Assembly (NCBI RefSeq): GCF_006345805.1
Contig: NC_043004.1
Location: forward strand, 19,530,001-19,594,000
DNA from: Octopus sinensis
Taxonomy: Eukaryota
Length of the DNA: 64,000 nucleotides
Direction: 5' to 3'
Both the position numbers and the translations under genes were made by a program. The notes beneath the pieces are model-generated. The model was not told where the DNA came from, did no database searches, and saw only the letters and a list, made by a program, of their open reading frames with translations. Shown here one piece after another: positions 63,157-64,000 of the stretch (within the stretch, counting starts at the first letter, position 1; the number at the start of each line of letters is the position of its first letter).

Positions 63157-64000
63157 TATTATATATATATGTGTGTGTGTGTGTATGTACGTGCATGTAT
63201 GCGTGTATATATATATATATATATATAGGTGTGAAATTTGACTGGCAACTGTTGCTATCAGAGTAAGCGGCTGTGAGAAGGGGAGTGTACAAAGAAAGAG
63301 AAGGGAAGGAGAAATTTCTCTCAAGGGGAGAGAAGCGATTAAGACATCGGTATGTGTATATACGAACAAGCATTCGTATATACATATACACTCATACACA
63401 GACATACAGAAGGCAATAAATGCTTTATGATATATGAGTATGCCTGTTGGTAAGAACATATGAACCATAATTCTCATTGTTGGTGTTGCTTTATATATAC
63501 ATAAAATATATTGTGTTATTCGCGTTATTCTTTTATACATATGTCAGGTAGCATTTGAAATGTTCGTTAAATCTACATGTAAGCCATGGACAAATATTTA
63601 CCTAATAAACTTTATTTTATAAAGATAATTTCTTTTTCATCTGATGAGGTTTATTCGTCACTGAATTCGTAAGGAATACATATTTCTCTCACCTCTTAAT
63701 ACAGTAGAGCAGAAATGTAGAAAAACAATGAAAATCAATTGAAAATAATGTCATTGAAAATAATACAATTAATGTATATACAAATACTGTCTATTTTTTA
63801 TTGGAAACCTTCAGTTTTCTTTTGTTTTCTTGCACTTTCGTTGCAAAAGGCCGCAAGTAAAATGAAAATAAGGAAAACAAAAATATAGAAAAGAAATATA
63901 AAAAAGAAAATTAATATAGAAAGCATGAATGAGATAAATATATTCTTATAGAAAGAGAACTAAAATATTATCACCCAAACAATTAAAATAGAAAAGCTTC

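Noticed and set aside
63628-63720. Canonical hammerhead (CTGATGAG...)
   Set aside because: I could not form stem II closing onto a GAAA with a matching stem III and NUH site.

Overview
Eukaryotic, AT-rich, microsatellite-dense animal DNA. The SINE, LINE, Penelope and mariner repertoire is most consistent with an octopus (cephalopod) genome; this is inferred from repeat content, not verified. There are no prokaryotic genes, rRNAs, intact tRNA genes or CRISPR arrays. 1-12.8 kb looks like one large intron filled with mostly minus-strand LINEs: a young RTE with a 614-codon stop-free frame running off the window edge, decayed CR1-like copies, a second RTE and a Hero-clade element. It is followed by the only convincing host coding exon, a plus-strand terminal exon (12826-13260) that opens with an EJC-binding-like motif (probably UPF3). 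The standout feature is a ~2.3 kb minisatellite (15128-17428; ~103 units of 21-23 bp). Each unit is an optimal TCF/LEF site (AGATCAAAG) plus a 6/7 match to the C-clamp Helper site (GCCGACA), so it resembles a natural TOPflash array. It sits inside a Helitron-like element. CpG content shifts from depleted to normal at ~20.4-20.7 kb, where a promoter-like YY1-type motif lies. 21-64 kb has no supportable host exon and consists of SINEs, Helitron-like elements, mariner/Tc1 and Penelope remnants, MITEs, several fold-back palindromes, hammerhead-like remnants and microsatellites. Most listed ORFs are by-products of repeats. All counts and alignments were done by eye.
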